From an uncultured Acidimicrobiaceae bacterium (lineage in GTDB: Bacteria; Actinomycetota; Acidimicrobiia; Acidimicrobiales; Ilumatobacteraceae): a stretch of DNA of 46,707 bases. The position numbers and the translations under genes were made by a program. The stretch lies in assembly GCA_903904615.1 (NCBI GenBank), contig CAIVDG010000242.1:1-46707 (forward strand), written 5' to 3'. Shown piece by piece: positions 8,418 through 16,777 of this stretch. Within the stretch, counting starts at the first letter, position 1. Each line of letters starts with the position of its first letter. The notes beneath the pieces were generated by a model. The model searched no databases, was not told the DNA's origin, and was given only the letters and a program-made list of their open reading frames with translations.

Positions 8418-9449
8418 GTGACTCTTCCCAATGGCATCAGCGAGAACGTAGAGAGTTGGCTTGTGGCCAACATTCCCGGAGCAGTTGCGCCGTTTCGGTA
8501 CACACAAATTGCAGGTGGGCACTCGAACCTCACTTTCAAGGTAGACGATGCCGCCGGACATTCATATGTACTCCGTCGACCACCGCTTGGCCATCGTTTA
8601 GCAAGTGCACACGACATGGGTCGCGAACATCGCATTATTGCGGGTCTTGCTCATTCTGCAGTTCCCGTTGCACCCGCGCTTGGTTTGTGCACAGATGAAA
8701 ATGTGAATGAATTGCCGTTCTATGTAATGGCGTTTGTAGATGGACATGTTGTTCGCGAAAAGGCAGTTGCGGAATCACTTCTGGGAGAGAGCGGTTGCCG
8801 ACGCGCAAGTGAATCCATTGTGGACACCATGGCCGCAATTCACGGAGTTGATCTTGTTGCGGCTGGCCTAAACGACCTAGGTAAGCACGAGGGATACATT
8901 GCTCGCCAGTTGAAGCGTTGGCACGGAAACATTCTGGAACAGCGCACGCGCGATCTTCCCCTCGTCGACAGCGTGTACGAAGAACTGATGAAGCGCATCC
9001 CGGAACAAGGTGCCGCAACATTGGTGCACGGTGATTACCGCCTCGACAACTGCATGGTGGATGCACAGGGAAACGTCATTGCAGTTCTCGACTGGGAAAT
9101 CTGCACATTGGGAGATCCCATGGCAGACCTGGGATTACTCATGGTGTACTGGACAGGCCCCACCGATGACGCCAGTGCTTGGTCGAACCCCGTGAACACT
9201 GCCGCCGGGTTCATGAACAGAGCAGAGCTGGCTGAGCGTTATGCGCGTGTGTCGGGACGAGACATTTCGCATCTCAGCTTCTACGAAGCATTCGCGTTCT
9301 GGAAGTTGGCCTGCATTATTGAAGGCGTGTACGCGCGATATTTGGGTGGTGCTCTTGGGCAGAAAGACCCAGCCGAACTTGAACCCTTCCGACTGCAAGT
9401 AGAAGGCGCTTCACAACGCGCCGCAAGCATTCTCGAGAAACTTTCATGA
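8418..9449 (+). CDS. Phosphotransferase (APH / choline-kinase-like) family protein
   Basis: Catalytic loop HGDYRLDNCMV and metal-binding VLDWEICTLGDPMADLG; 343 aa. Resembles the APH domains associated with acyl-CoA dehydrogenases in actinobacteria. Confidence 0.8.
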   Translation: MTLPNGISENVESWLVANIPGAVAPFRYTQIAGGHSNLTFKVDDAAGHSYVLRRPPLGHRLASAHDMGREHRIIAGLAHSAVPVAPALGLCTDENVNELPFYVMAFVDGHVVREKAVAESLLGESGCRRASESIVDTMAAIHGVDLVAAGLNDLGKHEGYIARQLKRWHGNILEQRTRDLPLVDSVYEELMKRIPEQGAATLVHGDYRLDNCMVDAQGNVIAVLDWEICTLGDPMADLGLLMVYWTGPTDDASAWSNPVNTAAGFMNRAELAERYARVSGRDISHLSFYEAFAFWKLACIIEGVYARYLGGALGQKDPAELEPFRLQVEGASQRAASILEKLS

Positions 9450-10339
9450 ACGCTGCGGGCGGTCTCCCCTTCACCGTCGAGGGTCAACTTCCCACGCTCA
9501 CGTCTCCCGTTCTTGTTGTTCAGTTCAGTGGCTGGATAGATGCAAGCGGTGCTGCGGCATCAGCCATGGAGCTTCTGGTTTCGGAATCGCAGTCCACTCG
9601 CCTCATCACATTCGATGCAGACACTTTTATTGATTATCGAGCACGTCGACCTGTGATGGAACTTCGCGACGGCGTCAACACGAACATCGATTTTTCACTT
9701 CCCGAAATTCGTGTGGGTGTCGATGCCAATGGTCGAGACGTGTTGTTACTCACGGGCCCCGAACCAGACATGGCCTGGAACTTCTTTGCAAAAACTGTTG
9801 GCGAACTTGCCCAACAATTGAATGTGACCAAAATGGTGGGCCTCGGTGCGTACCCATTTGGCGCGCCACACACCCGACCTGTGGGCATTACCGCTACCTC
9901 TGCTGACCCTGCAATCATCACGCGACTAGATCTTTCTAAGAGCACACTTGATGCGCCTGCTGGTGTGCAATCACTTCTTGAACACACTCTGTTCCAGCGA
10001 AACATTCAAGCGGTCAGTTTGTGGGCGCAAGTTCCCCACTATGTGGCATCAATGGCGTATCCACTGGCCAGCGCAGCTCTGTTGCAAGCAGTGTGTGCAG
10101 ACACTGGTCTTTCGTTTGATTCATCTCGATTCCGGCGCGAATCTGCTGTGCAGCGTGAACGCCTCGACCAGTTGGTTGCCAACAATGCAGAACACGCCAG
10201 CATGTTGGGTCAATTGGAAGCCGCATACGACGACGTGCACGGTGCCCCAATAGAAGACGACGAAGCCGACATCCCTACAGTGGATGAATTAGCAGCCGAA
10301 GTCGAGCAATTCTTGCGCGACCAACAACCCGGAGGATGA
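9446..10339 (+). CDS. PAC2 (proteasome assembly chaperone 2-like) family protein
   Basis: 297 aa. N-terminal LVVQFSGWIDASGAAASAMELL and overall length are typical of actinobacterial PAC2-family proteins. ATGA overlap with the upstream kinase-like gene. Confidence 0.7.
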   Translation: MNAAGGLPFTVEGQLPTLTSPVLVVQFSGWIDASGAAASAMELLVSESQSTRLITFDADTFIDYRARRPVMELRDGVNTNIDFSLPEIRVGVDANGRDVLLLTGPEPDMAWNFFAKTVGELAQQLNVTKMVGLGAYPFGAPHTRPVGITATSADPAIITRLDLSKSTLDAPAGVQSLLEHTLFQRNIQAVSLWAQVPHYVASMAYPLASAALLQAVCADTGLSFDSSRFRRESAVQRERLDQLVANNAEHASMLGQLEAAYDDVHGAPIEDDEADIPTVDELAAEVEQFLRDQQPGG

Positions 10340-10340
10340 C

Positions 10341-11360
10341 ATGAAGGTAGACGGAGGACTCGGTTCCGATCTCACAAAAGTTCCACAGGCAGCAAAAGAA
10401 CTTGAAGCGGCCGGTTATGCCGGTGCGTGGACTGCAGAAACTGCGCACGACCCGTTCTTCCCTCTCCTCTTGGGCGCAGAACACACCTCCACCCTTGAAG
10501 TCGGAACGTCAATTGCTGTTGCATTTGCGCGCAACCCAATGACGTTGGCAAACATCGGTTGGGACCTACAGGCGTACTCACAGGGTCGCTTCATGTTGGG
10601 CTTGGGTAGCCAAATCAAGCCACACATCACAAAGCGCTTCTCAATGGAGTGGAGCCACCCCGCAGCACGTATGCGCGAAATGATTCTTGCCATGCGCGCA
10701 ATTTGGGACTGCTGGCAGAACGGAACTCAATTGAACTTCCGTGGTGATTTCTATACACACACATTGATGACACCGTTCTTCACACCCGATGCAAAAGAGC
10801 TCTCCCCTTTCGGTCCACCAAAGATTTATTTGGCTGGTGTTGGCGAATTAATGACTGAAGTTGCTGGCGAAGTGTGTGACGGTTTCTTGTGCCACGGTTT
10901 CACCACCGAGAAGTACCTGCGTGAAGTCACCATTCCCGCCCTTGCACGCGGTCGTGCAAAAGCCGGCAAAACAATGGATGGCTTCGAGATAGTTGGGCCG
11001 TCGTTTGTTGTGACCGGAACCACCGAAGAACAGATGAATGCAGCAGCAACCGGCACGCGCCAGCAAATTGCGTTCTACGGATCAACTCCTGCGTACCGCG
11101 GCGTACTGGAAGCCCACGGCTGGGGCGGTTTGCAAGACGAACTGAACACATTGTCGAAGGGCGGCAAGTGGCAGGAGATGGGCAATCTCATCACCGATGA
11201 AATCTTGAACACCTTCGCCGTTGTTGGCGAACCAAGCACAGTGGCACCAGAGTTGAGTCGTCGATACAGCGACGTTATTAGCCGCATCAGTTTCTACGCG
11301 CCGTACAAGGCAGACCCTGAAACCTGGATGCCTGTCATTGACGCGCTGAAGAAGGCGTAA
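10341..11360 (+). CDS. LLM-class (luciferase-like) F420-dependent oxidoreductase
   Basis: AKELEAAGYAGAWTAETAHDPFFPLLLGAEHT...GLGSQIKPHITKRFSMEW is the TIM-barrel LLM pattern of the MSMEG_2256-type F420 oxidoreductases. GGAGG lies 5 nt upstream of the ATG. Confidence 0.8.
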   Translation: MKVDGGLGSDLTKVPQAAKELEAAGYAGAWTAETAHDPFFPLLLGAEHTSTLEVGTSIAVAFARNPMTLANIGWDLQAYSQGRFMLGLGSQIKPHITKRFSMEWSHPAARMREMILAMRAIWDCWQNGTQLNFRGDFYTHTLMTPFFTPDAKELSPFGPPKIYLAGVGELMTEVAGEVCDGFLCHGFTTEKYLREVTIPALARGRAKAGKTMDGFEIVGPSFVVTGTTEEQMNAAATGTRQQIAFYGSTPAYRGVLEAHGWGGLQDELNTLSKGGKWQEMGNLITDEILNTFAVVGEPSTVAPELSRRYSDVISRISFYAPYKADPETWMPVIDALKKA

Positions 11361-11364
11361 CGAA

Positions 11365-12006
11365 TTAGTTAAAGTTGGGGCGAGCGCGAAGCGAGCGCTT
11401 CAGCTCTGCCATACCCGACGTTGTCGCCAACGTCTCGACGGCATCCCATAGTTTCAATGCTTCATCTCCACGCGGAATCGCAGAGATGACGGGACCAAAG
11501 AACGAGCCTTCAGTTGTTGCACCCGGACGGAACGTGAGAATTGGCGTGCCCACGTCTTTGCCGGTGCGCTCTAACGCCAATTCGGTTTCTGTACGAATAA
11601 GAGCGTCAAAAGAATCGTCATTGACCGACTGAGCCCACTCACGAGGAAGGCCGGCTGCTTCTAAGAGCCCGCCAATGTGACCCACAGTGTCGGCCACAAA
11701 CAACGCACGTTCTTCGCGATTGTGCAGGCTTGTTCCCAACGCCGTATACACCGTTCCCACTGCTTCATTGCCCTGTTCGGCACGCGCACGAGCAGCAACG
11801 CGGAGTCCGCTTGTGCCGGCAGCATGAACTTCCTTATAGCCCTCTGGCATTTTGGAATAGTCCATCTTGTCTTCGTTGAGAAACTTCAGAGAGATGAACT
11901 TCCACTGCACGTCGTACGAACGCAGTTGCTGAACTTCAGACACCCACCGCGACGTGATCCACGCCCACGGACACACCGGATCGAAGAAGAAGTCGAGGTC
12001 GGACAT
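11365..12006 (-). CDS. DsbA-like thioredoxin-fold protein, homologue of M. tuberculosis Rv2466c (mycoredoxin-2) with CPWA instead of CPWC
   Basis: FFFDPVCPWAWITSRWVSEV...GKDVGTPILTF...FFGPVISAIPRGDEALKLWDAV aligns along its length with my recollection of Rv2466c ([20 protein letters not shown]...GEDVGTPTIHV...FFGPVLSKIPRGEEAGKLWDA). The ATG lies 2 nt after the infB stop. Confidence 0.8.
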   Translation of the reverse strand: MSDLDFFFDPVCPWAWITSRWVSEVQQLRSYDVQWKFISLKFLNEDKMDYSKMPEGYKEVHAAGTSGLRVAARARAEQGNEAVGTVYTALGTSLHNREERALFVADTVGHIGGLLEAAGLPREWAQSVNDDSFDALIRTETELALERTGKDVGTPILTFRPGATTEGSFFGPVISAIPRGDEALKLWDAVETLATTSGMAELKRSLRARPNFN

Positions 12007-12008
12007 GA

Positions 12009-14936
12009 TTATGTGCGGGCGACTTCGCGCTCTTCGAAGGTTTCAATGAGGTCGCCAGGCTTCAAGTCTTGGAAGTCGGACAAGCCGATACCGCACTCGA
12101 AACCTTCGCGCACTTCACGGACATCGTCCTTGAAGCGACGAAGCGACTGGATAGAGCCCTTCCAAATGATGGTTCCGTCGCGAAGGAAGCGCACCTTTGT
12201 TCCACGAGTGATGACACCTGTGCGAATGAAACAACCCGCAATGGCACCAATCTTTGGAACACGGAAGATTTCGCGTACTTCTGCTTCGCCTGTGACCACT
12301 TCTTCGAACTCTGGTGCAAGCAAACCAAGCATTGCTCGTTCCATATCTTCAAGAAGCTTGTAGATGATTTCGTAAGTACGAATCTCTACCTTTTCAGCTT
12401 CTGCCAAGTCGCGAGACTTGCGATCGGGACGAACATTGAAACCGATGAGTGTTGCGTTTGTCGCAGCGGCCAATGTGATGTCGTTTTCGGTAATACCGCC
12501 AACGCCGCGGTGCACGAATGCAACCTTCACTTCGTCGCGCTCGAGTTTGCGCAAGCTCTCGGTAACAGCTTCCAACGAGCCTTGAACGTCGGCCTTGATC
12601 ACCAAGTTCAATGTGGCCACTTCGCCAGCCTGAATTTGACTGAAGATGTCTTCCAACTTCACGCCGCTTTGTACGCGTGCGTCTCCACGTTGGTTCAACA
12701 CGCGACGTGTTTGACCGCGAGAGTCACCCACAAGTCGTGCGGTCTTTTCGTCTGGAGCGGCGCGGAATTCATCGCCAGCCTGCGGAACGCTAGACAAACC
12801 GAGCACCTGTACTGGCGTGGACGGACCGGCTTCTTTCACCTGTTCGCCACGTTCGTTAATGAGCGCACGCACCTTGCCCCACGCAGCACCAGCAACAATT
12901 GGGTCGCCCACCTTGAGGGTTCCCTTGTCGACAAGCACGGTTGCGACAGGGCCGCGACCAATGTCGAGGTTTGCTTCGAGAACAACACCCTTCGCGCGAC
13001 CTTGTGGGTTTGCGGTGAGTTCTTCCAATTCAGCAACAACATTCAACTGTTCGAGAAGATCGTCGATGCCCAAGTTCTGCTGTGCAGACATTTCAACAAC
13101 GATGGTGTCGCCACCCCATGCTTCGGGAACAAGTTCATATTCCGCCAACTGCGTGAGAACACGCTGTGGGTCGGCATTTTCCTTGTCGATCTTGTTCACA
13201 GCCACAACGACGGGAACATCGGCTGCTTTCGCATGGTTCAATGCTTCGATTGTCTGAGGCATGACACCGTCATCGGCAGCAACCACAAGAACAACAATGT
13301 CGGTGACTTGTGCACCGCGCATACGCATCTTGGAGAACGCAGCGTGACCTGGTGTGTCGATGAATGTGATCTTCTTGCCGTCTTTTTCCACCTGGTATGC
13401 ACCAATGTGCTGAGTGATACCGCCAGCTTCACCAGCAACAACATTTGCTGAACGAATTCGGTCGAGCAATGTTGTCTTACCGTGGTCAACGTGACCCATC
13501 ACCGTAATAACGGCCGGACGCGACTGCTGAAGAGTTTCATCGTCATCGTCTGAGTCGTCGAAGAGTGCCTGGAGTTCGGTTTCTTGTTGCTGGCCTGGAT
13601 CGACCAACAGAATTTCTGCGCCCACTTCAAGAGCGAACAACTCCATTTGGTCGTCACTGAGACTCATGGTTGCAGTGATCATTTCGCCATGCTCGAGCAT
13701 GTAACGAACAATGTCTGCAGCGGTTCGGTTCAGTTTTGGAGCAAACTCCTGTGCTGACCAACCACGCTCAATAATGATTGTTCCCTCGGGAACTGGCGCA
13801 TTGCTATTCGAGTACTGAGTGAACTGCGGCTGCAATTCATCGAACTCGCGCCGACGACGTGCACGTGACTTCTTGCGAGGTGCGCGTCGCTGACCATTTC
13901 GAGGGCCACCAGGACCACCAGGCCCACCGCCGGGGCGAGGACCGCCACCAGGGCCGCCTGCGCCAGGTGCACCAGCACCAGGGCCGCCAGGACGTGGACC
14001 GAATCCGGGGCGAGCGCCACCTGGACCACCAGGACGTGGACCGCCTGGACCGCCGGGGCGAGGACCACCAGGGCCACCCGTACGAGGGCCGCCAGGGCCA
14101 CCGGGACGAGGACCACCAGGGCCAGGACGGGTGCCTGGACCTGGACGGGAACCTGGACCTGGACGGAAACCAGATGGGCCACTCGGGCGTGCACCAGGAG
14201 CCACGCGCTGACCAGGAGGTGGCGGAATGGGTCGACCGGAGGGAGACATGGGACCAGGTGGTGGCGGAATAGGTGGACGACCACCAGGACGTGCGCCTGG
14301 TGGCATTCCGGGAGGCGTACCGCCGGGGCGACCTTGCGGAGGTGCAGGTCGCGGAGTTGGCTGCTGGTTGATGGGAGGACGAGGTGTTCCCGTGGTGGGG
14401 CTTGGGCGCCCACTTGAGATAACGCGACCTTCGCTCGATGCAGCCGGACGAGGCGCTTCGGGAGCTTTTGGTGCTTCAACGGGTGCAGGCGCTTCTACTG
14501 GAGCAGGAGGTGCGACTACTTCAACAACAGGCGCAGCAGGTGTTTCCACCACTACTTCTGGAGTTGGTTCAACGACAACTGCATCGTCTTTCTTTGCAGC
14601 AGCCTTCTTCGCGACAGCTTTCTTGGCTGGTGCCTTCTTCGCTGGAGTGTCGTCGCCATCTGCGCTTGGTACATCGGCAGGCTTTGCAGCAGCTTTCTTC
14701 GCTGGTGCCTTCTTTGCCGCTGCTTTCTTCGCAGGCTTTTCTTCTTCTGGCTGGACGTCACGCTTTAGGCCGTCGCGTTCGGCCTTACGGCGAACACGGT
14801 CGGCTTGAGCATCTTCCATTGTCGACGAGATCGCCTTGACGGGAACACCCATCGAGACGGACAAATCGAGAGCCTCTTTGTTTGAGAGGCCCAACTCTTT
14901 TGCGAGTTCGGAAACGCGAATTTTCTTTGCTGCCAA
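12009..14936 (-). CDS. infB: Translation initiation factor IF-2
   Basis: 975 aa. N-terminal IRVSELAKELG, Lys/Ala-rich and Pro/Gly-rich linkers, G domain (VTVMGHVDHGKTTLLD, DTPGHAAF, NKID), C-terminal domains. TTG start at 14936 with GGAGG 8 nt upstream, inside the last nusA codons. Confidence 0.95.
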   Translation of the reverse strand: MAAKKIRVSELAKELGLSNKEALDLSVSMGVPVKAISSTMEDAQADRVRRKAERDGLKRDVQPEEEKPAKKAAAKKAPAKKAAAKPADVPSADGDDTPAKKAPAKKAVAKKAAAKKDDAVVVEPTPEVVVETPAAPVVEVVAPPAPVEAPAPVEAPKAPEAPRPAASSEGRVISSGRPSPTTGTPRPPINQQPTPRPAPPQGRPGGTPPGMPPGARPGGRPPIPPPPGPMSPSGRPIPPPPGQRVAPGARPSGPSGFRPGPGSRPGPGTRPGPGGPRPGGPGGPRTGGPGGPRPGGPGGPRPGGPGGARPGFGPRPGGPGAGAPGAGGPGGGPRPGGGPGGPGGPRNGQRRAPRKKSRARRRREFDELQPQFTQYSNSNAPVPEGTIIIERGWSAQEFAPKLNRTAADIVRYMLEHGEMITATMSLSDDQMELFALEVGAEILLVDPGQQQETELQALFDDSDDDDETLQQSRPAVITVMGHVDHGKTTLLDRIRSANVVAGEAGGITQHIGAYQVEKDGKKITFIDTPGHAAFSKMRMRGAQVTDIVVLVVAADDGVMPQTIEALNHAKAADVPVVVAVNKIDKENADPQRVLTQLAEYELVPEAWGGDTIVVEMSAQQNLGIDDLLEQLNVVAELEELTANPQGRAKGVVLEANLDIGRGPVATVLVDKGTLKVGDPIVAGAAWGKVRALINERGEQVKEAGPSTPVQVLGLSSVPQAGDEFRAAPDEKTARLVGDSRGQTRRVLNQRGDARVQSGVKLEDIFSQIQAGEVATLNLVIKADVQGSLEAVTESLRKLERDEVKVAFVHRGVGGITENDITLAAATNATLIGFNVRPDRKSRDLAEAEKVEIRTYEIIYKLLEDMERAMLGLLAPEFEEVVTGEAEVREIFRVPKIGAIAGCFIRTGVITRGTKVRFLRDGTIIWKGSIQSLRRFKDDVREVREGFECGIGLSDFQDLKPGDLIETFEEREVART
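13896..14411 (-). repeat. Low-complexity Pro/Gly-rich coding repeats inside infB
   Basis: IF-2 residues ~176-347 include ...RPGPGSRPGPGTRPGPGGPRPGGPGGPRTGGPGGPRPGGPGGPRPGGPGGARPG.... The DNA is a degenerate short-period CCN/GGN repeat that produces long spurious ORFs in several other frames. Confidence 0.85.
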
Positions 14937-14939
14937 GGG

Positions 14940-16094
14940 TTAGGCCTCCGTGGTATCGGACTCGTTGGATGGCGCGTCTGCCCATTCCTTTTGGGTGACG
15001 ACAGAACCATCTGCTGCATGGAACTGCAACTCGCCGGTTTCATCATTGGTACGCCATTCACCTTCGGCGTATTCGGTTCCACGTGGTGCACGTGGTTCAA
15101 AAATTCCTTGCGCTTCGTTTGCTGCTTGCGTCTCTGACTTGATGTCGATACGAACACCAGTGAGGCGTGCAGCAAGACGAGCGTTCTGACCTTCCTTACC
15201 AATTGCCAATGACAACTGGAAGTCGGGAACGATGACGTCTGCTTGTGTTCCGTCTTCGCTGAGGCGAACTTCGGTGACCTTTGCAGGAGACAATGCCTTC
15301 GACACGAAGTCGTGCATGTCTTCGGAGTACGACACGATGTCGATCTTTTCTCCGCGAAGCTCATTCACCACCATGCGAACGCGACCACCGCGTGCACCAA
15401 CACATGCACCAACGGGGTCAACATTGACGTCGTTTGAGGCAACTGCGATCTTGGTGCGGTGACCTGGTTCACGAGCACATGACTTGATTTCTACGATGCC
15501 GTCGGCAATTTCGGGAACTTCAAGTTCGAACAAACGCTTGATAAGGCCTGGGTGCGTACGGCTGACCACAATCTGTGGACCCTTTGCTGTTTTGCGCACT
15601 TCAACGATGTATGCCTTCACGCGATCGCCTGTAACGGGGCGCTCGTACGGAACCTGCTCGGCTTGTGGCAACAGTGCTTCCACTTTTCCAAGGTCGAGCA
15701 ATGCGTAGCGGCCATCTGACTGCTGGATGATTCCGGTGACCAAGTCGCCTTCGCGGTTTGCGTATTCCTCAAACTTGCGATCGCGCTCTACTTCGCGGAT
15801 GCGTTGGCTCATGACCTGCTTGAACGTTGCGGCCGCGATACGACCAAGTTCGTTCTTGCTTGGCGTGTCGTCGCGCTCGTTGACCCAGTTGCCGTCGTCG
15901 TCTACGTCGTACGCAGTGAACTTCATGTCGAGGTTCTCTGGGTTGACTTCGACGATGACTTCGTCGGCGGCGCCTGGGCGCTTCTTATATGCAGTCGCAA
16001 GTGCTTCTACAAGAACTTGCAACAGTGAATCCACGCTGATGCCGTGATGATCGGCGAGCATGCGTACTGCTTCGGACATATCGAGGTTGCTCAT
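14940..16094 (-). CDS. nusA: Transcription termination/antitermination factor NusA
   Basis: MSNLDMSEAVRMLADHHGISVDSLLQVLVEALATAYKK (N-terminal domain), S1 domain (GDLVTGIIQQSDGRYALLDLGKVEALL), two KH domains (IKSCAREPGHRTKIAV..., NARLAARLTGVRIDIKSE). Start set at ATG 16094, which overlaps the rimP stop (ATGA). The track extension to 16190 overlaps rimP. Confidence 0.95.
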   Translation of the reverse strand: MSNLDMSEAVRMLADHHGISVDSLLQVLVEALATAYKKRPGAADEVIVEVNPENLDMKFTAYDVDDDGNWVNERDDTPSKNELGRIAAATFKQVMSQRIREVERDRKFEEYANREGDLVTGIIQQSDGRYALLDLGKVEALLPQAEQVPYERPVTGDRVKAYIVEVRKTAKGPQIVVSRTHPGLIKRLFELEVPEIADGIVEIKSCAREPGHRTKIAVASNDVNVDPVGACVGARGGRVRMVVNELRGEKIDIVSYSEDMHDFVSKALSPAKVTEVRLSEDGTQADVIVPDFQLSLAIGKEGQNARLAARLTGVRIDIKSETQAANEAQGIFEPRAPRGTEYAEGEWRTNDETGELQFHAADGSVVTQKEWADAPSNESDTTEA

Positions 16095-16651
16095 TGTGCG
16101 TTGGCCTCCTGTTGATGTGTGGACGTGTTCTTCTGAGAAGCACGCTTGTCGCGCGCTTCCTTCGAATTCGGCTTCGGTTGGGTTTCCCAAACGAAAACGG
16201 TCTTTGCCTTGTCGACAAGCGACAAAGGAACTTCAATGGTTTCTCCTGAGTCGGAGAGACGAACTGATGCGGTGCTGTCTGTGGCGCCAACCAAAAGCCC
16301 AGCGACACGACGGCGACCGTTGAGATCTGTTGACAAGCGAATGGACACCTCTTTGCCCACTTCACGAGCGAAGTGGTACGGGGTGCGAAGAGTGCGTTCG
16401 AGTCCGGGGCTAGTGACTTCAAGGGTGAAGCGACCAGGAACAGCATTTTCGTTGTGATCGAGTTCGCGACCAAGAAGGCGCGTGATTAACGAGATTTGGT
16501 CGATGTCGACGCCTGCTGGACCACCTGCAGGGGTGTCGACCGTGATGCGAAGAATGCCACCAGCAAACTCAAGGTCGTATAACTCAAGGGAAAGATCGGC
16601 AAGGATGGGAGCCACCATGGAGGTGACCGTGTCGACGACATTGCTGGACAT
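16091..16651 (-). CDS. rimP: Ribosome maturation factor RimP
   Basis: VAPILADLSLELYDLEF...LRITVD...LEVTSPGLERTLRTPYHFAREVGKEV is the RimP signature. The track start is GTG 16660. ATG 16651 has GGGAGG 8 nt upstream, so I prefer it. Confidence 0.9.
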   Translation of the reverse strand: MSSNVVDTVTSMVAPILADLSLELYDLEFAGGILRITVDTPAGGPAGVDIDQISLITRLLGRELDHNENAVPGRFTLEVTSPGLERTLRTPYHFAREVGKEVSIRLSTDLNGRRRVAGLLVGATDSTASVRLSDSGETIEVPLSLVDKAKTVFVWETQPKPNSKEARDKRASQKNTSTHQQEANAQ

Positions 16652-16680
16652 ATGGCTCACCTCCCGCCAAAACTGGCTCT

Positions 16681-16713
16681 AACAGAACAAAAGGCACGGG
16701 GGTCACCCGTGCC
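16681..16713 (-). terminator. Intrinsic-terminator-like hairpin plus U-tract inside the rimP-nusA-infB leader (candidate attenuator)
   Basis: The minus strand reads GGCACGGG-UGACC-CCCGUGCC (8-bp GC-rich stem, 5-nt loop; 16713-16693) followed by UUUUGUUCUGUU (16692-16681). It lies 29 nt upstream of the rimP ATG. No minus-strand gene lies upstream (proS diverges), so it must sit in the operon leader. Confidence 0.5.
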
Positions 16714-16777
16714 TCCGGTTCACCGAACTTCAAAGGACGGCTCCAATGATAGCCGTCAGAACTAAGGTTTCGCTCCG

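Noticed and set aside
12069-13451. 460-aa ORF on the + strand antisense to infB
   Set aside because: It lies entirely inside the strongly supported IF-2 G-domain and C-terminal coding region. The product is Cys/His/Phe-rich with no recognisable motif. It is a typical third-position-aligned shadow ORF.
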